From Camelus dromedarius (Eukaryota), in assembly GCF_036321535.1 (NCBI RefSeq), contig NC_087472.1, forward strand, positions 91,886,001 to 91,950,000: a stretch of 64,000 bases of DNA, in the 5' to 3' direction. Positions 12,369-25,849 of this stretch are shown here, one piece after another (position 1 is the first letter of the stretch; every line of letters begins with the position of its first letter). A program made the translations under genes and the position numbers. The notes beneath the pieces were generated by a model. It worked only from the letters and a program-made list of their open reading frames with translations, did not search any database and was not told the DNA's origin.

Positions 12369-13304
12369 GTTGTGGTGTCTTAAAATCTATATAGTTCTCT
12401 TATATGCATGCTTTTACAAGGTAATTTGCCCACATCTCTGAAATCAACAGTTTTCTGAATATTTAACCACTATGAAATAATGATTCTATAACAGATGGAT
12501 TTCTAGAATTCACTTTGAGAGGACAATAAAAGATAGTTAGAAAAGAATTGATTCACATCATCAGGAGGCAGTATGAACAAGACAGTCACACCAAGTAAAT
12601 AAGCATTTGACTAGAGAATATTTTTAAGAACTGGGAATTTAAAAACTGTGTGTGTATGTGTATGTGTATCTTAGGAAAACAAGGAGTGGTAAGTGTTGTA
12701 GCTACTACACTAATTTTAGAAAAACAAACAAAAAAGCCCTTAAGATGATATTTCCTTTAAGAGAAAGAAAAAACTGAAAGGAATCTATTTTATGAAAAAA
12801 GCCAGTTATATTCAAAATTGCCCACCTTAAGTCAAAGATAAATGCTAAAGTGGGATTTTTGGAGGGTGAAAATTTGTATCCACAAGATACTCCTAGCACC
12901 TATTTCAGGATCACTTGCACTGTTCATGTTGCTCGAAGAGTCTCTGCAAAATTGTTTTGCCAAAACATGCCAGTAGCCTTGTGAATGTTACAGTGGAACT
13001 CAGTGTTTAGTAAAACCTAGAGGTAAAATGTGTAGGCACTGTTTTTTGATTTGAATCCTTAAATGCCTGGCAAGTGATCATTCCTCTTATGTAAGTTCCT
13101 TTACTTTATAATTTCTGTGGGCACTGTAATTGCTGAAAGATCTCACTTCAGGGATCCCAGGAATGGCAATATAATTTGGTGATACAATCTGGTAGTGGAA
13201 CAATAAAGCACGAACTTGTGGAAGAAAATTTGGAAGCTCAGTTCTATATTATTGTGTTGGGTAGCTGAAGAGAAGAATGTGGGAGGGGCATTGTCTTAGA
13301 ATGA

Positions 13305-13306
<2 letters not shown>

Positions 13307-13344
<38 letters not shown>
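13307..13344. repeat. (AC)19 microsatellite
   Basis: read directly. Confidence 0.98.
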
Positions 13345-13348
<4 letters not shown>

Positions 13349-15226
13349 CACATTTCTTATTTTGAGGAAGAGATTTAAACCATCTTAGAACATATCTTTT
13401 TCCACAAAACAACAAACACTGATGAACGCTTACTTGTCTTGCTGAAAATGGCAGGGAGAGGATGGGCATATGGGTGGTCTGGGTAGGAGTGGAATTTCAC
13501 GTGGATAAGGGATTAGAATAGGGAATTGTCACCTCAGTAGTAAGACACTCAGATAGGAATAACCAAGACTTTACTAGCCAAAGGGTAATTCCAAAGAATC
13601 CATCTAATTAAGGATCTGAAGGGGAATATGAGTGCCAGGAACTTAGGATATGGAGATGATTCAAAACACATTGAAATGGAAGCAAATTAATGGTGGAGGG
13701 AAATAGTGATTCAGAGCAATAATCTTTTAGGGCTAGAATTTGTACCTTGCTTTTATGAGATGGTTGGGTCATAGTATACAGGAATATGGCCCTAACATAA
13801 AAGACTACCATTAACTTAAAGGGCCGACTGGAAAGGCACTAATCAGTACCTCTCAGTATCTACCTCTACCTTTATCTATACTGATTTGTGAAAGAGACCT
13901 GTGTCATAGGAGGGGCAGGGAATGGACTCAGTGTTGGTATTGCTATCCTGATTAATGCTAAATTGAGAGGAAACAACCAAGGCTCTAGAAACATCACCAC
14001 TGGAGCCCACCAGTGGTAGACATTCAGGCACACCATCTAAAGACCAAAGTGAACTCCATGAATGAAAAGGCAGTACACACTCATTGGTGACCACAGATGC
14101 TGAAGTAGAATCACCTGGTATTTATTTACATACTGTCTAAAAAAGAGATAGTCTATCTAAGAGGTACTCTTTGGTGTGTGATGTAAGTTACTGGCATGGA
14201 GCAGGGTTGCTGCTAAGGTTCATTCATATAGTTTGGGCTCCTTTTGCCTTCATAGTCCTCCAGCTCATAACTGCTCATATCCCCACCAGTGATAGTGCAT
14301 CAGCAAAGGTGACCACCTGAAAATGTGGGGGTTAGGACCAAAAGGCTCTATGATCTGTCTTAATTAGGGAGGAAAAAGAAAGGAAGCAAAAATAAGTACA
14401 CATGCTGCTCATGTTCCATATTGTTAGTCTTCCATTCTTTCTCCCACCTTTTATTTTAATTAGAAACTCTGCTCTCTTGGCCAATATGGGGGCGAACTAG
14501 AATTGTGCTTTTGATAGTGACATTCAGCTGAGATGAGCGTTTTCTGACGAAGGCCCTGAATCCATTCTGACCTAATTTGAGTGTCTGAAACAAAGCTGGG
14601 CTGTGCTCTGTGCAGGCACATGGGAGTCAATCCTTGAAAAGCAGTTCACTGAGGCAAAAAGGAGAGCTTGTTAGAGGAACCTGACAATTAGTTAGTCATA
14701 AAAATAAATGGTGAAAGATAACTTACAGATAAGACACACTAGGTACTTGCTGATGACAGATAATCCAGCACTTTCTACAAACTTCCTTCTTATATAAGGC
14801 AGGATATTTATAGGCTTAGTGCTGAAAAGTTACCTGACATAACATTCCTCCTAAGGAATGTTCTGCTTTGATGATATTTAGGATATGCCAAATTAATATC
14901 ATGAATAACTAGGTCAAACAGATAACCCATGAATCTGAGAAGGGGCTAGAAGATACTATCAATACTCATTCTCTTACAGACCCAACTAGTAGAAGATTCA
15001 TTATATGGTATGTGTTCTTCTTCTAGCCTATGGTTGCCCAAATGGGCAGAAACTGGCAAGGAAGAAAAAAATGTCAACTTTAATAACTCAGAAAAAGGTC
15101 TAGGCTCCAAATGATCACAAAATCAGATGCCAATGGAAAGAAAAACAGAGAATGACAGGAATCCCTTTGATTCATTTAATTAAACAAAAAAGGCCCCTTC
15201 TATGGCTAGATGGGCTGAACTGAGGT

Positions 15227-15420
15227 GTGTGGCATTATCTAGCAAGGTGTGGGAATCACTGTCACTTTGAAGCAACATACCATTGTCACCATACAGATAA
15301 AATCTATAGTTCTGTAGAATTAAAGGTGGACAATCACTGTCTACACTGCCTTAGAGGACTTCTTTGTCATTTGGGTGGCTATGTTGTGCATCAAAATGGC
15401 TCTTGTTGATACTGGACATG
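15227..15420 (+). pseudogene. possible fossil LTR-retrotransposon gag knuckle plus aspartic protease motif
   Basis: RCGNHCHFEATY resembles CX2CX4HX4C; ALVDTG at 15399-15416 in the +1 frame. Confidence 0.35.
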
Positions 15421-15458
15421 AGACTCTAACCTGCTTTCACTGGTTCAGAAAACATCTT

Positions 15459-15927
15459 TGTGGAAAGAATATAATGGCCTCCCAAAGATGTCAACATCTT
15501 AACCCACAGAACGTGTAAATGTGTTACCTCACACAGGAAAAGGGACTTTGCAAATGTGATGAAGGTTATGGACCTTGAGCTGGAAGATTATCCTGGTGGG
15601 CCCATTCAAATCACATGAGTCCTTAAAAGCAACGAATCATTCATGTTGTGGTCAGAGATAGACAGCATGAGGGGATAAGGGAGATGAGACATTGCTGGTT
15701 TTGAAGATGGATAAAGGGGGCCACAAGCTGAGGAATGTGGGCAGCCTCTAAAGCTGAAAAAGGCAATGAAACTGATCTTCCCCTAAAGTTTCCAGCCCTG
15801 TGGACACCTCAGTTTTATCCTAATGAGATCCATATCACACTTCTGACATATCAAACTGTAAAATGACAAATATGTGTTGTTTTAAGCCTGTGGTCATTTA
15901 TTACAACAAAAATACAAATCTAATACA
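15459..15927 (+). mobile_element. MLT1 (MLT1D-like) ERVL-MaLR solo LTR
   Basis: TG...AATGGCCTCCCAAAGATGTC...AAAAGGGACTTTGCAAATGTGAT...TGTTGTTTTAAGCC...CTAATACA. Confidence 0.9.
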
Positions 15928-16184
15928 ATCGGCATATAGACAATTCTCTAGTCTGTTTGTAGTATTCTGGTTGTGCCTGCTGCTTTCTCATTTTCTTCTC
16001 AATAATAGAATATCAAGCTATAGATATCTCTTAGTAACTTTTAAATTAAACTGGATAATATAATCATCCTGAGTGTGAGATATGAGGTCTCATGGTTCAG
16101 CCGGACAAACAGTACAGGTAGCAACAGGCAGGAAGTTATCTTCTAAAACCTCTCCCCATCCTTATTTTGCTATATCACACTGGA

Positions 16185-16420
16185 CAAAGGCAAGCCTCAA
16201 ATTCAAACAGACTCCACTTTAAATCCTGGCTCTGTTATTTATTTCCTGTATTATATGAGTTATTTTATTTAATATTTGGGAGGTTCATTTTTGTCATCTG
16301 CAAAATAAGTACTAATGTCTACTTTTCAGGATACCCATGAGGATTAACTGAAATAATATATTCAAAGTTCATATCGGAGTTCTGTACATATTGTCATATA
16401 TTGTAGGTTGTTAACTATTA
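16185..16420 (+). mobile_element. MIR SINE
   Basis: AAATCCTGGCTCTG...TCATCTGCAAAATAAG...TGAGGATTAACTGAAATAAT. Confidence 0.75.
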
Positions 16421-17624
16421 CAGAACAGCAGCAACTCTCTAGGATGAGGCAGAAACTGGAGAAAATGACCTGGAGACTGAGGCAGAATTAGAGACACAGA
16501 GCCAAAGGGCAAGACAGTTTCTAAGAAGAACACTCTTTTCAAGCCATGATTAGTTCCTATGCTTGGCATATATCAATAGGCAGAATCCTAAGTGAGGGTT
16601 GTCATCAGGAAGGCAATCCAGAAAGTAGCACCACCATCAGAATTCAAGGAGAAAGAGGGGCTTTTTCTGTAGGGAATTATGAAGATTAAAAGCTAGGATA
16701 ACTGGAAAGGAGGTAGAAGAGGTTTCCTGTGAAGTGGAACACACAGAGTCTATTGGAGCTGTGATTTGGAAGGGCTTGGGAGGGAGGGTAGAGTTATCAG
16801 TTCAACCTCTGCATCCCATATTCCATATCGGTGAAGCCTTCCACCGAATGAGAGGGGCCAGGTCAACCTCAATACCCTCTGCCTCAATGAGGATCCTCTA
16901 GCTGGGACCATCTCTTTTTCCCAGCTGTAGGGAACTGGAAGACTTCAAAGCAGAAGAAGTATCAAAGAGACTGAAAATCATTTAAAATCGCTTCCTATTT
17001 TCCTCTTTCTCATACTTTCCCTCTTATTCATCTGTCTCTCTATAACTGACAGCAGTCAGATTCCTTGACTTTGAATGACGTTTTACACCATTCTTTTGCT
17101 CTAATTAGCCAATCTACTATCAAGCCATGTCCATTCAACATGCTGAATATCTTCCACCAGTCCTTTTCCAGAACTGATCCTGGCTAGCTACCTTCTAAGG
17201 CAGCTTCCCTGAGTAGCTGTCATCTTGTCAGCAACTCCTTCCTGTCACTACTGCCTTTCATTCCCACAGTAGTTTTCTATCACATTTCCATAATGAAGCC
17301 AAAGAAGCCACACTAATATCCTGTGACCATATTTATAACGCTCCAACTTTTGCTAGCATTCTATTGTACTTAGGGAAGCTCTCACTCCATCCCAGTTTTC
17401 CATTTCTGCTTATGCAGCTTCCTGCAGACTACTGCAAGGAAAGCTTCTTGTTCAAATTTTTTTTTCAAGTTCAACTAACTTAACAATTCTCCAATAGTTC
17501 ACAGTAGTTGTCAGATACTGTACAGTGCTCACCCTTGTTATCCACAGAATAGCTGTTGCTGTTGTACCCCTCCTTGAAATCAAACAAATTTTACAATAGG
17601 GAGGGGACTAAAGCAAGAAGGTCA

Positions 17625-17919
17625 TGTCACTACACTGATTCTTACTGGAAACAGTCTGATTCTATATGAGAGCTCTGTGATAGGACTCTTAGCTTCTACT
17701 GAAGCCCATTGCTCCAAAGGCTTGGCCCAGTGGTCTCTGTTCCTCCCCAGCTTATGGGGTTGCATCTGGTGACCTCCATTTTCCTGTTTATGGACAGCAC
17801 TAACCATCACAAGTCCTTCTACCAAGAAGCCTGGGGACAGTACCTCCCCTTCCTGAGGTCTCCCATAGGGACGTGGACCTTTTGATATCTTAATCTGAAA
17901 AAGTATTTGACACTCCACA
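17625..17919 (-). mobile_element. possible ancient LTR (Gypsy/ERVL-like), family uncertain
   Basis: minus strand begins TGTGGAGTGTC and ends TGTAGTGACA; GC-richer than flanks. Confidence 0.3.
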
Positions 17920-18599
17920 GCACTAAAATGCCAAGAATATTTCTAGCTGTGCATTAATCTCACAGTTATCAAATAATGGGCATTGCTTAGTCTACATGTG
18001 CTCTAAAATTTTGAAATGCATCTTATTACTTAACATTGTTTTGTCATACTGTATTTACCACTTTAAAATTCTAGGATATACAAACTCTCAGGTGCTGGTG
18101 CACAGACTGAGAAATTATTATATCAAAAGAAGGCTCTCACAAGCTTCTCTTGTCCTGTCCATTATCTACCTAAGGTGGTGCTCATTTTAGGCTCTCCAAA
18201 TGAACTACGTATCTGCAGATGAAAGTATGAAGAAGAAATAGAGAAGGCACAGTTGGGAAATCTGAAATTCCAATTGATTGAGTGGAAATCTAACCCATAT
18301 TTTACACTCTAGGACGTTGGATGTTGAAAAGGATGCAAAAAACATATGCAGTCACCTCTCTTCCTTGCCTCCCTCGTGATTTTGCCAAAGGGAACCTGAA
18401 ATTTCCAGTTAAGCATTCCTTTAATTTGATGTTTACAGAAAGTCAGAGTAAGATGTTTCCAGAAAATGTACATCATTACTCATTTGGTACTGTATCTATA
18501 TATAGTACTTTTTCCAACTGGTTCTCTGGTCCTGAATTGAACTCCAAACAAATGAAAGTTGAAGGTGAACTTTCCGTTATCTGTTTGTTGGATGGTTGT

Positions 18600-18690
18600 T
18601 TTATTCATTAATTCATTGAGTTAGTGGTTCAAACAACTAACACCACTTGAGTGCCAACCATGTGCCAGGCACTGCTTTAAGCATTACAGC
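18600..18690 (-). mobile_element. L2 3' fragment
   Basis: TTGAGTGCCAACCATGTGCCAGGCACTG. Confidence 0.7.
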
Positions 18691-19774
18691 AGGAGATCCA
18701 GCCGTATAGGATGATGTTTGGGATTTATTATTGCAAGTTTCTCCCCCACGCATAGGGTTGCTCACTGGGTGCACTCAAGTTTGAGAGGTACTGATAGGAA
18801 GAAAGGGATGCCAGAATATCTGGGGGAATAAAGTTAGAGGCGGCAAATTTAACTGATTTTTTTTTTTTAATTTCACAAGGTCTCTTGGGAATCATCCTGG
18901 GTGGAGTAGTTGTAAGATGCTTGAAGTTTAGAATTGGAGATAATATTGCCTTTTTATGACACCACTTGCTCAAGGTCAAATTAAATAAAGAGAAAATGAA
19001 ACTTTCAAGTGATATTATAGTTCAGCTTGGGAGACAGTGACTAGTTCATTCAAGTTCAAAGTGACAAGCTTATGCACTGAAGAATTTCACTAGAAAAGAA
19101 AAACAGTAGGTCACTAGGGCATTTACTTTGTAATAAATTTGCTACCTAATTGTCTGTCTATTCATGGCCAGCCACAAGCTACCCTGAATAATAATTCAAA
19201 ACCAATTTATATTATTTGTGCCACCAGAGGTCATTCCACTAAATAAAGTTCAAAAATCTAATAAGCTGTCTTAGGTAGGTATTCGGTTTCTCAAACAACA
19301 CCTAAATTATAAAATCTCCACATCTTAAATCTGAAATAGGTCTTAGTGGTGATTTAGAATTGTATGAATGATTCTATTCTAGAGTTTGTGACCTACAACA
19401 CTGGAGAGAGATGATGGATAAATACAGAATTGAGGGAAGGCTGCACTATTTTAAAAAGCCAAAGTACACTGTTTATTCTCTTCATGCTTAGAATTCCAGG
19501 AATTGTTATCTCGAGGAAGTTCTGGGTGAACAAATACGTTCTCCGAAAGTTAATTTTCATTTGTTATATAATGTTAAGAATACATTTTACATTCAACAAC
19601 AAACAAAAAAACACACAGAAGTCTGGGTTCCACAGTTAGGAGCAATAGTTTAGTTATTTATTCCCTAACATTAACTGGAATATATACAATTTCAAGAGTG
19701 TGATAATTTTCTCTTTTCTTTTTGTCAATATATTTTATATTGTGAACATGGTGAATAATGGCGTTGACACTGTT

Positions 19775-19950
19775 TTCACACCACTCCAGGCTCTAATCCC
19801 AGATCTGATACTAAGTGTCTGGGTGATCCTGGGTAAGTTACATCCTAACAATATCTACCTTATAGGATTGCTGGGAGAATTCAAAGCCATAGTGAACATA
19901 GAGCATTTAGCACATTACATGATGCATAAAAAGGAATCAGTAATTGATGG
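19775..19950 (+). mobile_element. MIR SINE
   Basis: GGGTGATCCTGGGTAAGTTAC...CTACCTTATAGGATTGCTGGGAGAATT. Confidence 0.7.
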
Positions 19951-20224
19951 TGGTGGCTGATCTTATTTCTAATAGCTACTATCACACACCTTCCCTAACA
20001 ATACTCCTGGGAGCACAAACAATTTTGATGGTCATAATAAGGCTCTCACTTCAAGCAGTGCTCAGACTCCCGTTGCAGTGTTATCAAGAAGTCTGGTGCC
20101 TTCCTTAAGTGACATTTCTTTTATGAGGGCCTTTTGTTAGTTAGGAATTCTCTCCTCAGATATGTCTACTGAACACAGGCATGATTTTATGAAAATGTAT
20201 CCACATCAGTGATAATGTTAGTAA

Positions 20225-20745
20225 CAATAATCACAAAAAAATAAAATATACCATTTGCTGCATACCTATCCTGTCAGATGTTTCACACTGTACTTGACAT
20301 ACGCTCTAACTCATTTTATCCTCACAGCACAGAAGATTTTACTTCCTTCAAGTATGCTCAAATGTCCATTTATCATAAAGGCTGTGTTTGATTCTAGTAA
20401 AATTGTAATTTTCTTTTGCTTCCTTATCCTGACTTATTTTTTCCTGGAGCTTATCATCCCCAGATATTCTGTAACACATTTGCTGGTGGTCTTTCCTGTC
20501 TTCTTTGACTGGATGGGGGTATTCCATGACAGCAGTTAATATGCTTTTTCAGTGCTGTACCCCCAGTCCCGGAGCAGTGGCCATCAATAAATGTTGAATG
20601 AATGAATGAGTCATCCTATGAGGTAATGTTTTATTAGTTATATTTGGAGACTGTCAAACTGAAACTCAAATAAATCAGGGAATTTTCCAGGGTAAGTGAT
20701 ATGGTCAACAATTAAACTAAAATCTAACTCCAAAGTAGAGTGCTC
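20225..20745 (-). mobile_element. MIR SINE interrupted by a + strand L2
   Basis: CTCATTTTATCCTCACAGCAC continues at CCTATGAGGTAATG...AAACTGAAACTC after the L2. Confidence 0.6.
20335..20610 (+). mobile_element. L2 3' end
   Basis: ends TCAATAAATGTTGAATGAATGAATGA. Confidence 0.8.
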
Positions 20746-22430
20746 TCCATTAATTCTGACCTAAAATGGCACTCATTCAAAGCCCTACTATAGATCAGGG
20801 TCATTCTACCCATCAAAATAACCGTCTTTCTAAATATTTTCTAAGCTCATATAACATGCTATAATGGAAACAACAAGAGTGCATGAACAGGAGTGACCCC
20901 AAAGCAAACACAGATTATCTATGGAACATCTATTTTGTACATAACATTATAATGGAAATGAGATTTCTTATTTTCACTAAATATTAAGATTATGTGAGTA
21001 TCTTGTTTTCAATAAAGTAACATAAGAACAGGCCAAAAGGATATCTTTGAATTTCCCAGTATCATTTATGTACACAATTTTTTTTAGCCCAAACACTCCT
21101 GCTCTAGAGCACTTTTTCTTTTCCAGACACAATGCAATTTATATCATCAAATAAGGCAAAATGACTATTTCTCCCAAGTTATTATTTCCCTAGGAAACTG
21201 CTACCAAGAACGTAAACATGAAATCATTGCCTCTTCTCCACTTGTCAGCTTCTGTATGATTCTTGTGCTTCAATTTTGCTCCACATGGAATTTTCACATA
21301 GAATACAAGAGAGATGCTACAGAACAGTCGACTGGTACTGTTTGGTTTCCTGTGGCATAGGCTTCCCTTGTTCTAAGAGGTTGAAAATAATAACACAGCA
21401 TTTCCGCAAGTATTTTTGAAGAGTACTGGTTATATAAAATGCTTTACAAAGACTCAAACAAAATAGGAGTAGGGAGCAGGGGCAGTGTTTTGATCTGACC
21501 TAAGGCAATCTCATCTTGCGCAACTATTATGTCCTTTTCTTGTAGATCTCCATAACTGCCCCTGGCTAGAGGTGAAGAGGGGTTAGCCTCTTCCTCTAGG
21601 AGCTTTACTGCTAAACTGTAATGTGAGCAAATTTCAAAGCAAATTCTCCTTTGGATAGTTATTAACAAGCAAGCACAAAACATCCAGTCAACTCTATGAA
21701 GTCACAAATCTCTTTTAAAGTTATTCAACATGATTTTGCATAAAAATTTCACCTAAGGCAAATACGACAATATTAGAGAAAGAATTCAGCTAATTAGGCT
21801 AGTAGAAGCAAGGCAATCAAGAAGCTTCCAGAATTAGGAATCAAATTTAGAACACCATTTATCACATTAAAGGACGAAGCCTTACTAGATGTGTATACTC
21901 TTTCATACAAGGATAGAGAGTGTCTCTACAATATTTTAACCAGTACACACATGGGAAAATCACTAATTACACCCATGAAAACTCTTAACATTCTGTTGTT
22001 AATGCTAATTAACAAGTAATTCTAACAATGATACGTGAAATAGCAAAACCTCTGGTGTAGCTTTTAGGAAAGAGAGCCAAAGTGCTTGTAGGGGCAACCT
22101 TTGGAAATTATTACCAGAAGGGCAACTCCACACCACCACCTCTACAGGTTAGCATACACTGTGTAATACATACAGCCTGTCATGTTGTCAATGCTGACAT
22201 ATTTTAGAGTAAATTACAGACATTCTAATGAGGGGAGGAAAAGTCAAATACATTTGAGGAGCAATGCATACTTTATCCTTCTTGAAGATTCCCAAAGCAT
22301 AATAACCTATGAAAGGCTGTGAGGTATCACACAGTAAAGAACCTTGCTTAACTTTGTTCAATTATAAGGACTCTCAAACCTACTTGATAAGGAAACAATA
22401 GTTAAGATTAACACTATTAATATTTTAAGG

Positions 22431-22835
22431 CAATAGCTCCCAAAGTGTGGTCCCTAAACCTGCAGCATCAACATCACCTGGAAACCTGTTGGCAATATAA
22501 ATTCTTTTTTTATTGAAGTATAGTCAGTTACAACGGGTCAATTTCTGGCTTACAGCACAATGTTTCCATCATACATATACATACATATATTCGTTTTCGT
22601 ATTCTTTTTCATTATAGGTTACTACAAGATATGGCAGATAGTTCCTTGTGCTATACAGAAGAAATTTGGTGTCTATTCTATATATAGTAGTTAGCATCTG
22701 CAAATCTTGAATTCTTTAGTCCTACCCCAGATTCACTGAATTGGAAGCTCTATGTGTGGAGCCCAGAAATCTGTGTTTTAACAAGTCCCTCATGTGATCC
22801 TCATCCATACACTCTGAAGTATGAGAACCAGTATC
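22431..22835. mobile_element. MER5A hAT MITE split by an L1
   Basis: CAAAGTGTGGTCCC..CAGCATCAACATCACCTGG and AATCTGTGTTTTAACAAG...TGAGAACCA halves. Confidence 0.85.
22508..22709 (-). mobile_element. short 5'-truncated artiodactyl L1 3' end with 8-bp TSD
   Basis: TTTATTGAAGTATAG...ATTATAGGTTACTACAAGATAT; AATTCTTT at 22500-22507 and 22710-22717. Confidence 0.88.
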
Positions 22836-24659
22836 CTAAAGAACACAATTTAGTAATCTTACTGTATAGGACTGACCTAGAAGAGTATCTTCTTCCTTTA
22901 TGCAGATCAACTTTCCTCTAATGGGAGATCTATTCCATAGCCTAGCTGACTTATAAGTCCTAATGTATTCCTTGTAATCATATTTATGTTTAACAGTCTT
23001 ATTTGGGGGGGGGCTATAGACATGTAGATAGTGGAATTTGTAATTTACTTCTGGCCTGCAGTCCAAGACAATAAGACAGAAAGAGGTCACAATCTAATTA
23101 ACTTTCTAATTAAGGGAACATGGTCGCTTTCCAATTACACTTACAAAGAATAAAACGTAGCCCATAATTAGAAAGTTACTCTGCTCTATTTAAAATTTGC
23201 ATTGTGTCAGCTATTCCATCATCATATTATTGTTTAACATTTATTCTGAAATGGGGAATCTATTTGCAAAGTGCCTTGGAAGAGGTTTTATTTATCTCTC
23301 ACATTGAAATTGCAAAATAGGTCAGTATTTCACAGGCCGATACAATGAGATGCAGAAAGTTTATGGCATTCACACTATATATCATTAACCAAGGTGGAAT
23401 TTGAGTTCATGGTCTTTTGCAACTACCTTTTTTACCCTCAGTTCAGTGGCTAACATGGCTAACATCACTTCTCTTTCTCTATTTTTCTCTGGTTTGTTTC
23501 CCTCTTCGTTTTGGAGAATGCCAAAACTGTTTTTAGTATCCATATGTAACGATGGCAATCACCTGGATACACATCTGCCTTAAAGAGCACTAAGCTATTA
23601 GAATCAGTTCTCTGGAGAGTCTATCAGAATACAATGGATTTGTCACAGCACTCTGAGTTTATCATTTTGATCTCACTAACCATGTGCAAACATGCAGCCA
23701 ATAATAACTGTCTACCGATAGATACTGTTTCTAACACGCTCTACTGTTTCTGCTTCTTAAGAAACCATTTGTATTTCCAATAAGATGCAAAGATGCTTTA
23801 TGAAAGAAAAAATAATAAAACGAAGATTAGACTGCCTTTTTATTTCACAACACAAAGTTGAAATTAAACGTGTCATTTTCACCAAAATATTGTTTCCCAT
23901 TACTGAGAAGAAGTGATGGGCCTGAGGGTCTCATGCATTACAAATCTCACGTGCTTTAGATAGCTAGTAAATCACTTGCGTTTTGCCTACAGTACTTTCT
24001 GCCAAGCTCCGTGTTTATTGCTTACAGCTGAATACAGCCACCTAAATCATTCACCACGTTTTTATAACCAACTGTAGCTTTCCTTCTTATACACCAAGGA
24101 ACTGGCACATTTTAAGAATGAGAAAGAGTGGGAGGTGCCTTTACACACTCAAAAGTATCATGCAAGCAATAAATGGTACATGGATTTTATAAGGGAGGAA
24201 AAATATAATACATTTGCTGATATCAAGAGCTAAATAAGAGCTTTTGAAATCATCCATCCACATACGAACTTCACACCTGACTTTCCATATTACCACCTCC
24301 CCAGGTGCTTAGATCATTTAATGTGTGCTACAGTAAGTGTATGTTTATCAGTGAACCAAGACTGAACATTTTAGACTCAGGCTAGAAGAAGAAATATCAC
24401 ATTAGGGATTTAATAGCTAGGAAAACTTTTTTCACCCTCACTATATTTCTTCAGTTTTAGGTCAAAATGCTATTGCAAATGGTAATTTTTGAGATCATCG
24501 AATCCACCTCTCTCATTTCTCACTGATAAAGATATTTTGGCTGCTGTGTTCCTACCAATCTTACCAGAATTGGTTGGGTAGGTAACACTGGCTGAAGGTG
24601 ATCTATTTACCTCTTCTTAAATTCTTTGTTAAGTTCTTCTCTGACATCTCTCTTCCAGA

Positions 24660-24832
24660 TCTGTTGGGGCATGGTTATCCACTGTGATTAGAATTGCCTT
24701 GGGAATTTATTAAAATACAGATACCTCAGTTCTATCCTTATAGATTTGGATTTAATTTCCCCAAATTTGGGGTGGAGCTCAAGAATAGGGATTTTTAAAA
24801 GCCCCATGCATGATTCAAATATTGAGAAACTC
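24660..24832. mobile_element. MER5B-like hAT MITE
   Basis: TTAAAATACAGAT...GGGGTGGAGCTCAAGAAT..TTTTAAAAGCCCCATG..TGATTC. Confidence 0.65.
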
Positions 24833-25102
24833 TTCCTAAAATGAAGAAAAAGCAGAAAAGGGAACAAAATTCCTTCATCCTACAGTATTTCTTGTCCTTG
24901 CTTTCTCCTCAAACCCTCAATATTTGAGTTAAGATTCCTTTTTATTCACTTAGAGGAATACATTTTTTCTGCTCTTAAAGAATACTTTTCAGAGGTCATT
25001 TCCATCTATTGCCACCTAAAAAGTGCAGCATTAAATCCACATTAACCCCTTGTGCTCTATAGGAACTTTTAATCAAGCGCTCTTCTGAAAAAGTTTTAGT
25101 CT

Positions 25103-25192
25103 TTCTAAAGACTTTATTTTTTAAGAGCAGTTTTAGAATCAAAGAAATATTGAGAGAAAGGTACAGACTTGTCCCATATACCCCTTACCCCA
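25103..25192 (-). mobile_element. L1MC-type extreme 3' end fragment
   Basis: AGACTTTATTTTTTAAGAGCAGTTTTAG...CCCATATACCCC, inverted relative to 27720-27800. Confidence 0.8.
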
Positions 25193-25849
25193 ACTCAAAA
25201 GCTTGCATCTTTAACCACAGTTCATTACTTTCTCCTTTTCCTATTCCTCTTCTTTATACCATTTTCTTCTACAGTATTTTTTTGGACAGAAATTTAGGAA
25301 GAGTTTTCAGAAGAGATTTCCAAAGGCAAGTAAAAGAAAGAGGCTAAAATGAGACTGGTGATTTTGTGCATATCGTATCACTTAACTCTCTGTGCCCAGT
25401 TTGTACAACCTACATCATACTCAACTAGAGTATTATAATTAGTTATATGTTCTATTTATACTATTCAATTATAAACTCTTTTTGGAATAAGAACAATACG
25501 TTGTGCCTTGGGTTACTTTATACATAATTTTTCTGGTAGGTTCTTAAATAATACCTACTGTGAAGTTGACTTGACATAGAATGGCACGCTTACTAGCTTT
25601 TGTCAGGTGTCTTCAGTCATAACTGATGAACAGTTCTCAATATAGTAAAATAATTATATATTTCATATGATAAAGTTTAAAATTTTTCTTTGTTAGAACT
25701 CTAGTTCAAAAAATAACATCAATATTGAGGTTTCCATCTATCTTGTACCATTCTTTTAGTTCTCTCCCCTCACCTATTGACACTCTCATTTATGTTCATT
25801 TTTATTAAAGGTATTTTATTAAACTACAAAAGCTATTTAAAAAGTGAGT

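Noticed and set aside
13434..13441. 8-nt - strand microexon (TTTTCAG|CAAGACAA|GTAAGC)
   Set aside because: Not frame-preserving, may lie in decayed LTR-element sequence, and is plausible by chance
14077..14106. Second protease-like motif HSLVTTDAEV
   Set aside because: Lacks the DTG triad; too degenerate
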